Position numbers and translations under genes: made by a program. Shown here in pieces: positions 9,222 to 19,808 of a stretch of DNA of 64,000 nt. The notes beneath the pieces are model-generated. The model had not been told where the DNA came from. It searched no databases and was given only the letters and a program-made list of their open reading frames with translations. Numbering within the stretch: the stretch's first letter is position 1; each line of letters opens with the position of its first letter. Location: positions 84,770 to 148,769 of the forward strand of contig JAYQTH010000001.1 of assembly GCA_038147295.1 (NCBI GenBank). The letters are read 5' to 3'. This DNA is from Gammaproteobacteria bacterium. GTDB lineage: Bacteria; Pseudomonadota; Gammaproteobacteria; Magnimaribacterales; TMED112.

Positions 9222-10247
9222 TCAACTCCAATGCAGCACTACTTTACCTGCTTTTCCATCGTTCAATAATGCAAAGGCTTTCTCAAAGTCACTGTATTCA
9301 AAATTATGTGTAATTATATTTTTTATATCTAAGCCGGATTCAAGCAAGGCCAATCCCTTATACCAGGTCTCAAAAATTTCCCGACCATAGATAGCCTTAA
9401 TATTAAGTGCTTTAAAAATTACTTTTGATAGGTCCAGAGAAATCTCATTACTCGGCAAACCTAGCAAAGCAACCTTGCCGCCCATGATCATATTTTCCAC
9501 CATTTCTTTAAGGGCCAATTCGGATCCTGACATTTCCAAACCAACATCAAATCCCTCTTTGAGACCCATTGCCGACATTTTATCTGCAATGGATTGTTCA
9601 GTAGGGTTAACAGTCTCCACATTGCAAACCCTTTGTGCCAAAGCCAATCGTTCGTTGTTGATATCGGTTAATAGCACTCTTCTTGCGCCTATATGTTGAG
9701 CGATTGCTGCAGACATTATGCCAATGGGTCCTGCGCCAGTAATAAGAACATCTTCTCCTACCAAATCAAATGAAAGCGTGGCATGCACTGCATTGCCAAA
9801 CGGGTCTAAAATGGCTCCAAGTTCGTCCCCAACTGAATCAGGTAATGGCACTACATTGGTTTCAGGAACTGAAACGTATTCAGCAAATGCACCATCTCTA
9901 TCTACTCCTAGATTTACAGTATCTGGATCAAGATGAAGTTTTCCAGCTTTAGCATTTCTACTTCTGGTGCCTGCAATATGAGATTCGACTGAAACTCTAT
10001 CTCCGACATTTAGTCCTTTCACATCTGAGCCAATTTGATCAACGACTCCCATAAACTCATGGCCGATAGTCATAGGTGTTTTTATGGCAGACTGTGCCCA
10101 ATTGTCCCAATTCCAAATGTGTAAGTCTGTGCCACAGATGGATGTTGTTTTGACTTTTATTAAAACGTCTTTAGGCCCAATACTGGGCTTATCAACTTCG
10201 CTCAATACTAAGCCAATTTCACTTTTAGCTTTTACTAGTGCTTTCAT
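9222..10247 (-). CDS. tdh: L-threonine 3-dehydrogenase
   Basis: [22 protein letters not shown] and [12 protein letters not shown] motifs; adjacent to kbl. Confidence 0.95.
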   Translation of the reverse strand: MKALVKAKSEIGLVLSEVDKPSIGPKDVLIKVKTTSICGTDLHIWNWDNWAQSAIKTPMTIGHEFMGVVDQIGSDVKGLNVGDRVSVESHIAGTRSRNAKAGKLHLDPDTVNLGVDRDGAFAEYVSVPETNVVPLPDSVGDELGAILDPFGNAVHATLSFDLVGEDVLITGAGPIGIMSAAIAQHIGARRVLLTDINNERLALAQRVCNVETVNPTEQSIADKMSAMGLKEGFDVGLEMSGSELALKEMVENMIMGGKVALLGLPSNEISLDLSKVIFKALNIKAIYGREIFETWYKGLALLESGLDIKNIITHNFEYSDFEKAFALLNDGKAGKVVLHWS

Positions 10248-11438
10248 ATTACCCCAAGCTCTTTCCCAACTTCCTCGAATATTGTAACAGCTTTATCTAG
10301 TTCATCTTGTTTATGTTCGCTGGTAATCTGCAGCCTAATGCGTGCTTGACCTTTTGGAACAACTGGAAAAAAGAAACCAATAGCATATAAACCCTTGGCA
10401 AGTAGAAGTTTAGACATTTGCTGAGCTATTTTTGCATCACCAAGCATCACTGGCGTAATTGGATGATCGTCACCAATTACTGTATATCCAAGGTTTTTTA
10501 TTTGTGAACGGAAGTAGGAAGCATTTGTAGCAATGCGTGCCCTACGCTCTGAATCGACTTCGATTATTTCAAGAGCTTTAAGACTAGCTGCAACAATTGA
10601 AGGAGGCAATGCATTGGAGAATAGATAAGGCCTAGATCTTTGTTTAAGTAACTGAATCACCTCACTTTTGGCACACGTGAAACCGCCTGAAGCTCCACCC
10701 AAAGCTTTGCCGAGTGTGCCAGTTAAAATATCAACTTCACCCTCGAGACCAAAATGTTCTGCTGTACCTTTACCATTTTTGCCCACAAAACCAGTTGCAT
10801 GGCAATCATCAATCATAATTAAGGCATCGTATTTTTTTGCTAATGGAACAATCTCGTCAAGTTTTGCATACGAACCATCCATAGAGAAGACGCCATCGCT
10901 GACGATTACCTTATGACGTGCACCTTGATCGTCCGCTTTTTTCAGGCAGTCTTCGAGTTCTGCCATATCGCTATGGGCATACCTAAAGCGCATTGCTTTT
11001 GAAAGCCGTATGCCGTCAATTATGGAAGCATGGTTAAGCGCATCACTAATGATTGCATCTTCAGCATGAAAAAGTGGCTCAAACAAGCCGCCATTGGCAT
11101 CGAAGGCAGCAACATAGAGTATGCAGTCTTCATAGCCTAGAAAGGTGCTTAACTTAGTTTCAAGCTGTTGGTGCAAATCATTGGTACCACAAATAAATCT
11201 GACTGAAGCCATTCCAAAACCCGTCGGTTTCTAGCGCTTCGCTAGCAGCTTTCTTTATTTCGTTGTTGTTGGCTAATCCTAAATAATCATTGGCACAAAA
11301 ATTAAGCACATCTGAGCCATCCGATAAGCTTATGTTTGTTTTTTGAGGTGATGAAATATAACGTTCTTCTTTATAAAGCCCATCATTTCTGATATCTTCT
11401 ATTTCTCTTTTGATGGACGAATAAAAACTTTTGCTCAC
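10244..11438 (-). CDS. kbl: 2-amino-3-ketobutyrate CoA ligase; one-base frameshift near 11216-11219 (probable homopolymer error)
   Basis: Two track ORFs join as [11 protein letters not shown]...[14 protein letters not shown] after removing one T from GGGTTTTGGA; PLP lysine motif TLGKALGG present. Confidence 0.92.
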
Positions 11439-11474
11439 AAAGAGATTATAATAAAAAAACTAAAAAAACTGTGT

Positions 11475-12872
11475 ATGCATAAAAGAACAAAAATAATTAC
11501 AACAGTTGGGCCAAGCACTAAATCTAAAGAATCAATCCTAAATCTGTATAAAAAAGGCATGAATGTTGTGAGAATTAATATGTCTCATGCTAGCCATGAG
11601 GATTTAAAACAGATTATTGGTTACGTAAAGTCTTTAAACAAATCACTAAATCAGTCAATTGGTATTATGGTAGATACCCAAGGTCCTGAAATTAGAACGG
11701 CAAAAACCTCTGATTCTCTTGAGCTTAAAAAAGGTCAGGAATTAATCCTTACTCAAAAAAAAGGCAAAAATGATAAAACCTTACCTGTAGACAACCTAAA
11801 GTACGTCAAAGGCATTAAAAAAGGTGGAAAAATTTCCCTTGATAATGGAGCCATCGAATTAAAAATTAAGAAAATTGATCTGTCTAACAATATCACTTGT
11901 GAAGTTTTAGATAGCGGCGTAATTGCAGGAAAAAAGCACGTTAATTTCCCTGGTGCAAAAATTAAACTACCCACACTAACAGACAAAGACAAAAAGGATT
12001 TGGATTTTGCATTGGAAATGGGCGTTGATTTTATTGCTCTTTCATTTTGCCGTTCAAAACAAGACTTGCTAACGCTTAAGAAGTTTCTTAAAAATAGATC
12101 GGAAAATGTTGAGACTTTTGTAAAAGTTGAAGACCAAGAGGGGCTTTCAAACCTGGATGAAATTGTAAAAAATTCCGATGGCGTTATGGTGGCTCGAGGA
12201 GATTTAGGAATCGAAACCGACATTACCAACTTGCCATATATCCAAAGAAAGATGATTAGGGTAGCCGCCAAACATGGCAAAAAATCGATAGTTGCAACTC
12301 AACTGCTAGAATCAATGATTAAAAACCCACACCCAACAAGAGCTGAAGTGTCAGATGTAGCCAATGCTGTCTATGAGGGCACAGATGCTTTGATGCTTTC
12401 TGGAGAAACAAGCGTTGGAAAATATCCATTTAAATGCGTTGAATACATGCGTGATATTGCGCTGAATGCCGAGAGATCAGAAACACTTCAATTTCAAAAT
12501 GGCTTTAAACAAGAAACAGACTGGCATACCTTAGCGGCCACAACTGTTAAATTGAGTGAAAAAATTAATGCCGACGCCATAGTGGTATTAACAAGGAGTG
12601 GTTTTACAGCCAATTTAATTTCTCGAGCCAGGCCAAAAGTCCCTGTATATGCTTTTACCAATAGTTCTTCGACTCAAAATAAATTATCTCTATCTTCTTC
12701 GGTTGAGAACCTTAGTCTGAAATTCACTAAAAACCATGAGAAAACTATCTCAGCAGCATTTGATGTTCTTAAAACAAAAATGAAACTCAAAGGCAAAAAG
12801 AAGTTTGTTGTGATATCGGGTATTTTTTCTGAGATCTATGCCGATGCAATTCAAGTTAGGTTTATGGACTAA
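11475..12872 (+). CDS. pyk: Pyruvate kinase
   Basis: RTKIITTVGP, DTQGPEIRT, VARGDLG and PTRAEVSDVANA motifs. Confidence 0.96.
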   Translation: MHKRTKIITTVGPSTKSKESILNLYKKGMNVVRINMSHASHEDLKQIIGYVKSLNKSLNQSIGIMVDTQGPEIRTAKTSDSLELKKGQELILTQKKGKNDKTLPVDNLKYVKGIKKGGKISLDNGAIELKIKKIDLSNNITCEVLDSGVIAGKKHVNFPGAKIKLPTLTDKDKKDLDFALEMGVDFIALSFCRSKQDLLTLKKFLKNRSENVETFVKVEDQEGLSNLDEIVKNSDGVMVARGDLGIETDITNLPYIQRKMIRVAAKHGKKSIVATQLLESMIKNPHPTRAEVSDVANAVYEGTDALMLSGETSVGKYPFKCVEYMRDIALNAERSETLQFQNGFKQETDWHTLAATTVKLSEKINADAIVVLTRSGFTANLISRARPKVPVYAFTNSSSTQNKLSLSSSVENLSLKFTKNHEKTISAAFDVLKTKMKLKGKKKFVVISGIFSEIYADAIQVRFMD

Positions 12873-13474
12873 TGCAATTTAAAAACCTGCCTAATCAAGA
12901 TCCATTTAAAAAATTTGAAGATTACTATCTGCAAGCCGAAGCAAATGGTCAGCCAATTGCTGAAGCTGGTTGCATCTCATCTGTAGATGCCGACGGGGCA
13001 CCTCATGCTCGATACGTTAATTTCAAGTATTTTTTTGAAGATAATTTAATCTTCTTTTCCAGTTACAGTAGCAATAAAGCGGGTGATTTTAACGTCAATG
13101 ATAAAGTCGCTGTAAATTTCTGGTGGGCTGCAACCAATGTACAAATTAGATTGGAGGGCCAGATTTCAAAGTGTCCAGAGATTTTTTCTGATGAGCATTT
13201 TTATGGGCGCGAGCAGGGCAAGAACATTGCTGCCATTGCATCGGATCAATCGCAACCAATAGAGTCATATGAAATGTTGCAGGCAAAATTTGAACAAACC
13301 AAATCACTAATTGAATCTGGAGAACTAGAAGAAAAAAGACCTTTAGATTGGGGCGGTTACCAAATTAAGGTGTCTTATTTTGAATTCTGGGAAGCAAGTG
13401 AGGAAAGGCTTAATTACCGAGAATGCTATAAATTATCAGGAAATGATTGGGAAAAGTTTTTCCTTCAGTCCTGA
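12872..13474 (+). CDS. pdxH: Pyridoxine/pyridoxamine 5'-phosphate oxidase
   Basis: QIRLEG, ASDQS, RPLDWGGY and EFW motifs. Confidence 0.88.
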   Translation: MQFKNLPNQDPFKKFEDYYLQAEANGQPIAEAGCISSVDADGAPHARYVNFKYFFEDNLIFFSSYSSNKAGDFNVNDKVAVNFWWAATNVQIRLEGQISKCPEIFSDEHFYGREQGKNIAAIASDQSQPIESYEMLQAKFEQTKSLIESGELEEKRPLDWGGYQIKVSYFEFWEASEERLNYRECYKLSGNDWEKFFLQS

Positions 13475-14256
13475 TAGTATTGCAAATCAACCAACAGCTC
13501 TGGATTGATTCTATTACCATTTAAATAAACCACCCAATGCAGGTGTGGTCCTGTTACTCTTCCACTTGAACCAACTTTACCTATCAACTCTTTGGCTTCA
13601 ACATAATCGCCTTCCTTTGCAACCCAGTCACTCATGTGGCTATAAGACGTAAAAAGCCCACCTCCATGGTTGATCAGCATCATTTTTCCACTGTAAAAAT
13701 GCTCTTCAGCAATAACCACTACTCCTGCTTTAGGCGCATAGATTGGGTCACCCTCATTACCATCAATGTCTAAAGCCAAATGTGGTGATCTTGGATTACC
13801 ATTAATGAATCGCTTCTTACCATAACCAGATGTAATGTAATTTTGAACCGGCGGGAAAAAATCAAAATTAAAATCGGTTTGTTCTGTAACTTGCTTTACT
13901 GCTTGATTCACTTTAAGAGCTTCAGCATTTGCCCGAGCTTGATCCTCTGGGCTTAAATTAACCAATGAATTATTTGTTATGGTAATTCTTGATTCACCAT
14001 AATCTACTGGCTGCATCAAGATTTCTTTACCAGCAATAAGGATTAATTCCTCTTCCGTAACGTAAGGCAAACCAAAAACTTCTTTACTGCCCTTCCTTGT
14101 TTTAATAAGGTATCCCTCTCCTGCTTTAGCATCGAGAATTAAATAGCCACCAGAATCACCAACTAACTGAATTGGTGTTGCATAATTTTCCTTAAGCAGT
14201 GATGTGCATGACATTAAGAAAATAATCAGGAGGGGTGAAATGATCTTTTTAAGCAC
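13465..14256 (-). CDS. M23 family metallopeptidase (lipoprotein)
   Basis: Lipobox LMSC, HLALD (HxxxD) and TGPHLHW (HxH). Confidence 0.9.
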   Translation of the reverse strand: MLKKIISPLLIIFLMSCTSLLKENYATPIQLVGDSGGYLILDAKAGEGYLIKTRKGSKEVFGLPYVTEEELILIAGKEILMQPVDYGESRITITNNSLVNLSPEDQARANAEALKVNQAVKQVTEQTDFNFDFFPPVQNYITSGYGKKRFINGNPRSPHLALDIDGNEGDPIYAPKAGVVVIAEEHFYSGKMMLINHGGGLFTSYSHMSDWVAKEGDYVEAKELIGKVGSSGRVTGPHLHWVVYLNGNRINPELLVDLQYYQD

Positions 14257-14293
14257 TAGCTATACATTAACTTAAAAATTGAGACATTCAAAT

Positions 14294-14383
14294 TGGCGGA
14301 GAGAGAGGGATTCGAACCCTCGATACGATTACTCGTATAACACCTTAGCAGGGTGCCGCTTTCGACCACTCAGCCACCTCTCC
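14294..14383 (-). tRNA. tRNA-Ser(GCT)
   Basis: GGAGAGGTGGCTGAGTGGTCGAAAGCGGCACCCT-GCT-AAGGTGT...GGTTCGAATCCCTCTCTCTCCGCCA; long variable arm, CCA encoded. Confidence 0.96.
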
Positions 14384-14416
14384 GGAAGAGTTATGATACT
14401 ACAAAATTATTAAGTA

Positions 14417-16174
14417 TTAATCTGAACCTTCAACTTCTTTTCGAAATAAAGATAGCTCCTCTTCAGAAAAGTCACTGCAAAAGCTAAATGGTGGTTTTGG
14501 ATTATTAAATTCTGAAAATTGCCTTACTGCAATCCAACCCAAGAGACACCTTTCTTTAATTTCTAAAGTGGAATCTGATTCCAGTTCTTCTAGCAGCTGG
14601 CTACGCTTAACAGGATTATTGTTCATCTGAATTAAGCCTGCCTCTGGATTATCTAGAGTCAAATAAGATTGATTTTCTAAAGTAAATTTTTCCCAGTTCT
14701 GTTGTTTTCCAAAAGCATTTGGATCGCCATATTTTGCTATGTTGGACCAGAACGTCATCATCTGATCACTTAAAGCGTCTCTACCTGAAGCCGATGAATC
14801 TGGAAAAAGTATTGGTTTGATGTACCAAGTTATCGGCGGCATATCAAAAGATGCAGATAAAAAAGGGATATCTATACCGTGAGCAGCTCCTAAGAAGAGA
14901 CCATAATCACCAGCGAAACCATTTAGCTGCTCATCCCAATCAAATCTATAGGAATAAAGATTTTCATTTGATTCAGTCATTCTCCTTAAGGGTTCCTCTG
15001 CTCCTCTATAACGCCATATATCGCTTCGATATTTATTCCAGCTTCTTAGATTTTCTTCACTTCGTTTCAAGGTTCTCCTAACCTCAAGGGTAGTCTGATA
15101 AAAATAATCTGAATTAATATACCAATAGTTCATCTCATCTTTATTTGTTCCTGCAACAACAACTATATTTGGGTCAACTTTTTCAAGGCCCTCATAAATG
15201 CCATTTTTGGGCACCACAATGCCGTCTCTAATGGTAATTGGTGTTATGGGGTAAGGGTGCTTTTCAGCAGTATCAATATATTTTTCATAAACTTCTTTAG
15301 AGCTGAGGCTTCGCAAATAATCGACTATTTCATTTGAGTTTGTTAAATACTTAATATCCTCTTCAAATATTTTTTCTGAGGATAATTCAGATTCCGATGT
15401 GGCAAATTCTAGAGAGTGAGATGTAACATACCCAGACTGACTGATAGCTTTATGGAATAGCCCATCGGATAAAGGTGAGGCTAGAAGTGTAAGTATATTA
15501 TGGCCGCCTGCCGACTCGCCAAAGACAGTTACATTCTCTGGGTCGCCTCCGTAAGCAGCAATATTATTTTGTACCCACCTAAGGCCTTCAAGTAAATCTA
15601 AGTGGCCAAAATTTGCTGACTGGTCTAGGCCACTTGAGGTATCCCTAATGAAATCTGAGGCAAACCAACCAAAAATACCCAATCTATAGTTGATGGTTAC
15701 GACTATGACGTCTTTACGCTCGGCCAATCTTGAATAATCATAAAAACTTCCCGAACCCCAAATATTGGACCCACCATGAATCCAAAACATCACTGGTAAT
15801 TTATTTTTTTCTATCTCAGAACTATTCTTAGGCACATATATATTCAAGTAGAGACAATCTTCATCGCCTGTTATAAGGCTTCTATTGAAGAGTGAGGAAT
15901 TATCTTCAGGCTGTATGCACTCATTTTTAAATCTTGTGGCATCAACAATCTCATTCGATGAAAATGGTCTGGGAGCTCTCCAACGTAAATCATCTACAGG
16001 TGCTTCAGCGTAGGGTATGCCACGAAAAACATACAAACCATCTTCAACTGATCCGATGGCTGTGAGCTGAGGTGACGACACTTGAATTTTATTATTTGCA
16101 GATGAATCAACCAAATTAGATGAACAGCTAGACAAAAAAATAGCAAGAAATAAAAACCCAACAAATTTTCTCAT
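14417..16174 (-). CDS. Carboxylesterase type B family (lipoprotein)
   Basis: Lipobox LSSC, FRGIPYA, EDCLYLN, WIHGG and GESAG nucleophile motif. Confidence 0.92.
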   Translation of the reverse strand: MRKFVGFLFLAIFLSSCSSNLVDSSANNKIQVSSPQLTAIGSVEDGLYVFRGIPYAEAPVDDLRWRAPRPFSSNEIVDATRFKNECIQPEDNSSLFNRSLITGDEDCLYLNIYVPKNSSEIEKNKLPVMFWIHGGSNIWGSGSFYDYSRLAERKDVIVVTINYRLGIFGWFASDFIRDTSSGLDQSANFGHLDLLEGLRWVQNNIAAYGGDPENVTVFGESAGGHNILTLLASPLSDGLFHKAISQSGYVTSHSLEFATSESELSSEKIFEEDIKYLTNSNEIVDYLRSLSSKEVYEKYIDTAEKHPYPITPITIRDGIVVPKNGIYEGLEKVDPNIVVVAGTNKDEMNYWYINSDYFYQTTLEVRRTLKRSEENLRSWNKYRSDIWRYRGAEEPLRRMTESNENLYSYRFDWDEQLNGFAGDYGLFLGAAHGIDIPFLSASFDMPPITWYIKPILFPDSSASGRDALSDQMMTFWSNIAKYGDPNAFGKQQNWEKFTLENQSYLTLDNPEAGLIQMNNNPVKRSQLLEELESDSTLEIKERCLLGWIAVRQFSEFNNPKPPFSFCSDFSEEELSLFRKEVEGSD

Positions 16175-16176
16175 TT

Positions 16177-18735
16177 TTAAATTAATTTTTTAATTGCCTC
16201 TGCTAGAGCCTCAAATTTTTTTGCAAGGTCATTAACCTCTTGACTACCACCTTGTGCAAAATCATTCCTTCCTCCACCTCGGCCATTGAAGGAATTATTA
16301 ACTAAATCAATAAGCACCTTCGCTGTATGATCTTCCAAAGAAGAGGTGACAATATAAGATAGTTTATCGCCTTCATCTGAAAGCAGGATTGAAAAGGATT
16401 TGTTATCCTCTTTTAAAGCTTTATCAGACTGTCTTCTAAGCATTTCAATAGAAGCATTTTTATAGAGAATTGCTTCTCCATCTCCTTTTTTAGTTTTAAA
16501 AGTTTCCGAAGACAAAGTTTCAGAGCTTAAACTTTTTTCTGACTTTTTATTCGCCTTTAATTTTTTGTTCTCTTTGATTAAATCTTGGATTTTTTCTACT
16601 ACATTCTCAGACGGAACATTCAATAAACCTTCAATCTTATCAATTAAGGATATGGCCTCTTTTGATTTTTTGACTAAATTTGAACCAGTAATTGCTTCTA
16701 CCCTCCTTACTCCTGCCGACACAGACGATTCGCTTGTTATCACCAAACCACCAATATCCGAAGTATTCTTTACATGAGTACCTCCACAAAATTCTACCGA
16801 AAAATCACCACCAATGTTTAAAACTCTGACATTATCGCCATATTTATCACCAAAAAAGGCCAAAGCACCAGTATCTAGAGCATCCTCATAGCTCATAACC
16901 CTTGTTTGTGTTGCAATTTCACTCTCTATTTGCTCGTTTACCAAATCTTCTATTTCAGATATTTGTTCTGCAGATAGTTTGCGTTCATAAGAGAAATCAA
17001 ATCTTAGCTTTTCATCGCTTACTAAGGATCCTTTCTGTTCAACTCCATCACCAAGAGTTTTTCTAAGAGCAGAATGAAGCAAATGGGCTGCCGAGTGATT
17101 TCTCATTATTTTTTCCCTTCGCTCAAGATCAATTGTTAAATCAAAACTTTCACCCACTGAAATTGTGCCGTCCAAAATTTTTATATGGTGAATATGAAAA
17201 TCGCCTGACTTTTTACAATCCTCGACTAAACAATAGGTGTTATCATTTTTTACAACTCCAGTGTCTCCAATTTGTCCGCCTGATTCTGCGTAAAAAGGGG
17301 TTGTTGAAAAAATTGCAAAGCCTTCTTGTTCTAAAATAGATTGAGGTTTCCCATTTGAATCAAATAAAGCCAGACACTCTCCGGTGGCTGCATCTTCTTT
17401 GTAGCCTAAGAATTGGGATTCAAGGCCAGAATCTACAACAAGATCTTTGACATTAAACATTGAGTGGTGCTTTGAACCTTCTTTTTGCTTTTTCATTAAT
17501 GCTTCAAAAACATCATCCTCTGTCTCAAAACCTCTTTCCTCCAGCATTGTTTTAGTTAGATCAATAGGAAAGCCATAAGTATCATGTAGCTTGAATGCTA
17601 TTTCGCCACTTAATTTGGATTTTTCTGAGGTTGGCAAATTATCTTCAAAAATCTTGATGCCCAAGGCCAATGTTTTAAAGAAAGATTCCTCTTCAAATTT
17701 GAGTTTTTCTCCTACCAATTCAATATTTTTATATTCATTGGTAAAGTCATTTTCTAGGAAATTCTTATAGTGGCTTAGCGATTTGAACAGAAATGGTTCT
17801 CTTGCTCCCATCTTGTAACCATGTCGTACTGCTCTTCTAATCAACCTTCTAACCACATAGCCTCGCCCTTCATTTGAAGGGTAAATCTGTTCTGCCATTA
17901 AAAAGAATATCGCTCTAACATGATCGGCAATTACATTTAAAGATTGATCGTTGGGTTCTGGAAATAATGGTTGTATTTTTTCTTTAAAATTTTTAAATAC
18001 ATCAACTTCAAAATTGGATCCTACTTTTTGTAGCACTGAACAAATCCTTTCAAGACCCATTCCAGTATCAACACACTTATTTGGCAGTGGAGTTAAATTG
18101 CCATCCACATCTCTGTTGAACTCCATGAAAACTAAATTCCATATTTCAACATACCTTTCACCAGTATCGCCTTCACCTGGTGGAACGCCTTCAAAGCTTG
18201 GACCGTAATCGTAAAAAATTTCGGAGCATGGTCCACATGGTCCTGTATCGCCCATCGCCCAAAAATTATCTTCATCACCCAATCTCGAAAATAGTTTTGA
18301 GTCTATTCCTATTTCATTAAACCAAATTTCTTCTGACTCTTTATCGTCTTTATGCACTGTTACCCAAAGTTTTTCTCTAGGCAACTTCAATTCCTCCGTT
18401 AAGAATTCCCAAGCATAATGTATTGCCTCTTTTTTAAAGTATTCACCAAAACTGAAATTCCCAAGCATTTCAAAAAACGTTTGGTGTCTGGTGGTAAACC
18501 CGACGTTCTCAAGATCGTTATGCTTGCCGCCAACTCTTAAACATTTTTGTGATGTGGTTGCAGAATAATCTCTTGATTCAGCACCTAAAAATGTATCCTT
18601 AAACTGGACCATCCCTGCGTTGGTAAATAACAGACTGTCATCACCATGCGGAACCAAATCACTTGAATCCATAATCTTATGATTTTTTGATTTGAAATAA
18701 TTTAGAAAGGCACTTCTTAGTTGATTAATCTGCAT
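16177..18735 (-). CDS. alaS: Alanine--tRNA ligase
   Basis: LLFTNAGMVQFK, GPCGPCSEI, DTGMGLER, and editing-domain HSAAH and EFCGGTH. Confidence 0.98.
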   Translation of the reverse strand: MQINQLRSAFLNYFKSKNHKIMDSSDLVPHGDDSLLFTNAGMVQFKDTFLGAESRDYSATTSQKCLRVGGKHNDLENVGFTTRHQTFFEMLGNFSFGEYFKKEAIHYAWEFLTEELKLPREKLWVTVHKDDKESEEIWFNEIGIDSKLFSRLGDEDNFWAMGDTGPCGPCSEIFYDYGPSFEGVPPGEGDTGERYVEIWNLVFMEFNRDVDGNLTPLPNKCVDTGMGLERICSVLQKVGSNFEVDVFKNFKEKIQPLFPEPNDQSLNVIADHVRAIFFLMAEQIYPSNEGRGYVVRRLIRRAVRHGYKMGAREPFLFKSLSHYKNFLENDFTNEYKNIELVGEKLKFEEESFFKTLALGIKIFEDNLPTSEKSKLSGEIAFKLHDTYGFPIDLTKTMLEERGFETEDDVFEALMKKQKEGSKHHSMFNVKDLVVDSGLESQFLGYKEDAATGECLALFDSNGKPQSILEQEGFAIFSTTPFYAESGGQIGDTGVVKNDNTYCLVEDCKKSGDFHIHHIKILDGTISVGESFDLTIDLERREKIMRNHSAAHLLHSALRKTLGDGVEQKGSLVSDEKLRFDFSYERKLSAEQISEIEDLVNEQIESEIATQTRVMSYEDALDTGALAFFGDKYGDNVRVLNIGGDFSVEFCGGTHVKNTSDIGGLVITSESSVSAGVRRVEAITGSNLVKKSKEAISLIDKIEGLLNVPSENVVEKIQDLIKENKKLKANKKSEKSLSSETLSSETFKTKKGDGEAILYKNASIEMLRRQSDKALKEDNKSFSILLSDEGDKLSYIVTSSLEDHTAKVLIDLVNNSFNGRGGGRNDFAQGGSQEVNDLAKKFEALAEAIKKLI

Positions 18736-19249
18736 TTTTTAACTCTTTGCTGAAGTATTTTGATTTCTCAATGTAATGTTTGGCGCTCAATGATAAAAAT
18801 TCAATCTCTTCTTCTGTTAACTCTCTGATTAATTTAGCTGGACTACCCATGATTAAACTATTTTTTGGAAATTCTTTGCCTTCTGTAATTAGTGAATTTG
18901 CTCCAATTATGCAATTTTTACCAATTTGAGCATTATTCATTAACACACTGCCCATTCCAACGATTGTATTTTCTCCAACATTGGCACCATGCAATATTAC
19001 TTTGTGACCTACAGTAACGTTCTCCCCTATCACAACCTTAATTCCCGCATCTGTATGAATAACAGAGTTATCTTGAATATTTGCTCCTTTGCAAATCTTA
19101 ATTTCATCGTTGTCTCCTCTAATGGTTACATTAAACCAGACTGAAACATCATCTTCCATTACAACATTCCCGATAACATCTGCAGAGTCTGCAACCCAAA
19201 CGGTGTCTTTATTAAAGTTAGGATGCAAATTGCCTAGGCTATAAATCAT
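18725..19249 (-). CDS. Gamma carbonic anhydrase family protein (YrdA/PaaY-like)
   Basis: Hexapeptide repeats, RGDND, NIQDNSVIH, GHKVILHG. Start at MIYSLG, 6 nt after TATAAT. Confidence 0.9.
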   Translation of the reverse strand: MIYSLGNLHPNFNKDTVWVADSADVIGNVVMEDDVSVWFNVTIRGDNDEIKICKGANIQDNSVIHTDAGIKVVIGENVTVGHKVILHGANVGENTIVGMGSVLMNNAQIGKNCIIGANSLITEGKEFPKNSLIMGSPAKLIRELTEEEIEFLSLSAKHYIEKSKYFSKELKNAD

Positions 19250-19280
19250 ATCTTTATTATAATGAGTAACTTTAATCTTT

Positions 19281-19808
19281 ATGAATTTTTGTTCAAATTG
19301 TGCCTCAGCAAATATTGAAAAAAGAATACCCGATGATGACAATCTGCCACGGGATATTTGCTCAGCGTGTGGAGAAATTTTTTATTCCAACCCAAACATA
19401 GTCACGGGAGTTCTCCCTTTTACAAAGAATAACGAAATTCTACTTTGCAAAAGATCAATAGAACCAAGATCTGGGTATTGGACTTTGCCTGCCGGTTTTC
19501 TTGAAAATGGTGAGAGCATTGAAGAAGGTGCCCTCAGGGAGACACAAGAAGAAGCTAAACTTCTTGTAAAAGATGTGCAACTATTTAACGTCATTAGTGT
19601 TCCAAGAATCAATCAAATTTATACATTCTTTACAGGTTTAGTTGTAAATGATGATTTTGGACCAACTCCAGAAAGTAGTGAGGTGAAACTTTTTCATATC
19701 GATGAAATACCTTGGGATGATCTTGCGTTTCGCACTGTCAGGATGACAATAGAGCTTTACCTTAAAGAAGGGGTTGGCAAGATATTCAATAATGTGCTGG
19801 ACAATTAA
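19281..19808 (+). CDS. NUDIX hydrolase with N-terminal zinc ribbon
   Basis: FCSNC...CSAC and Nudix box [21 protein letters not shown]. Confidence 0.92.
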   Translation: MNFCSNCASANIEKRIPDDDNLPRDICSACGEIFYSNPNIVTGVLPFTKNNEILLCKRSIEPRSGYWTLPAGFLENGESIEEGALRETQEEAKLLVKDVQLFNVISVPRINQIYTFFTGLVVNDDFGPTPESSEVKLFHIDEIPWDDLAFRTVRMTIELYLKEGVGKIFNNVLDN

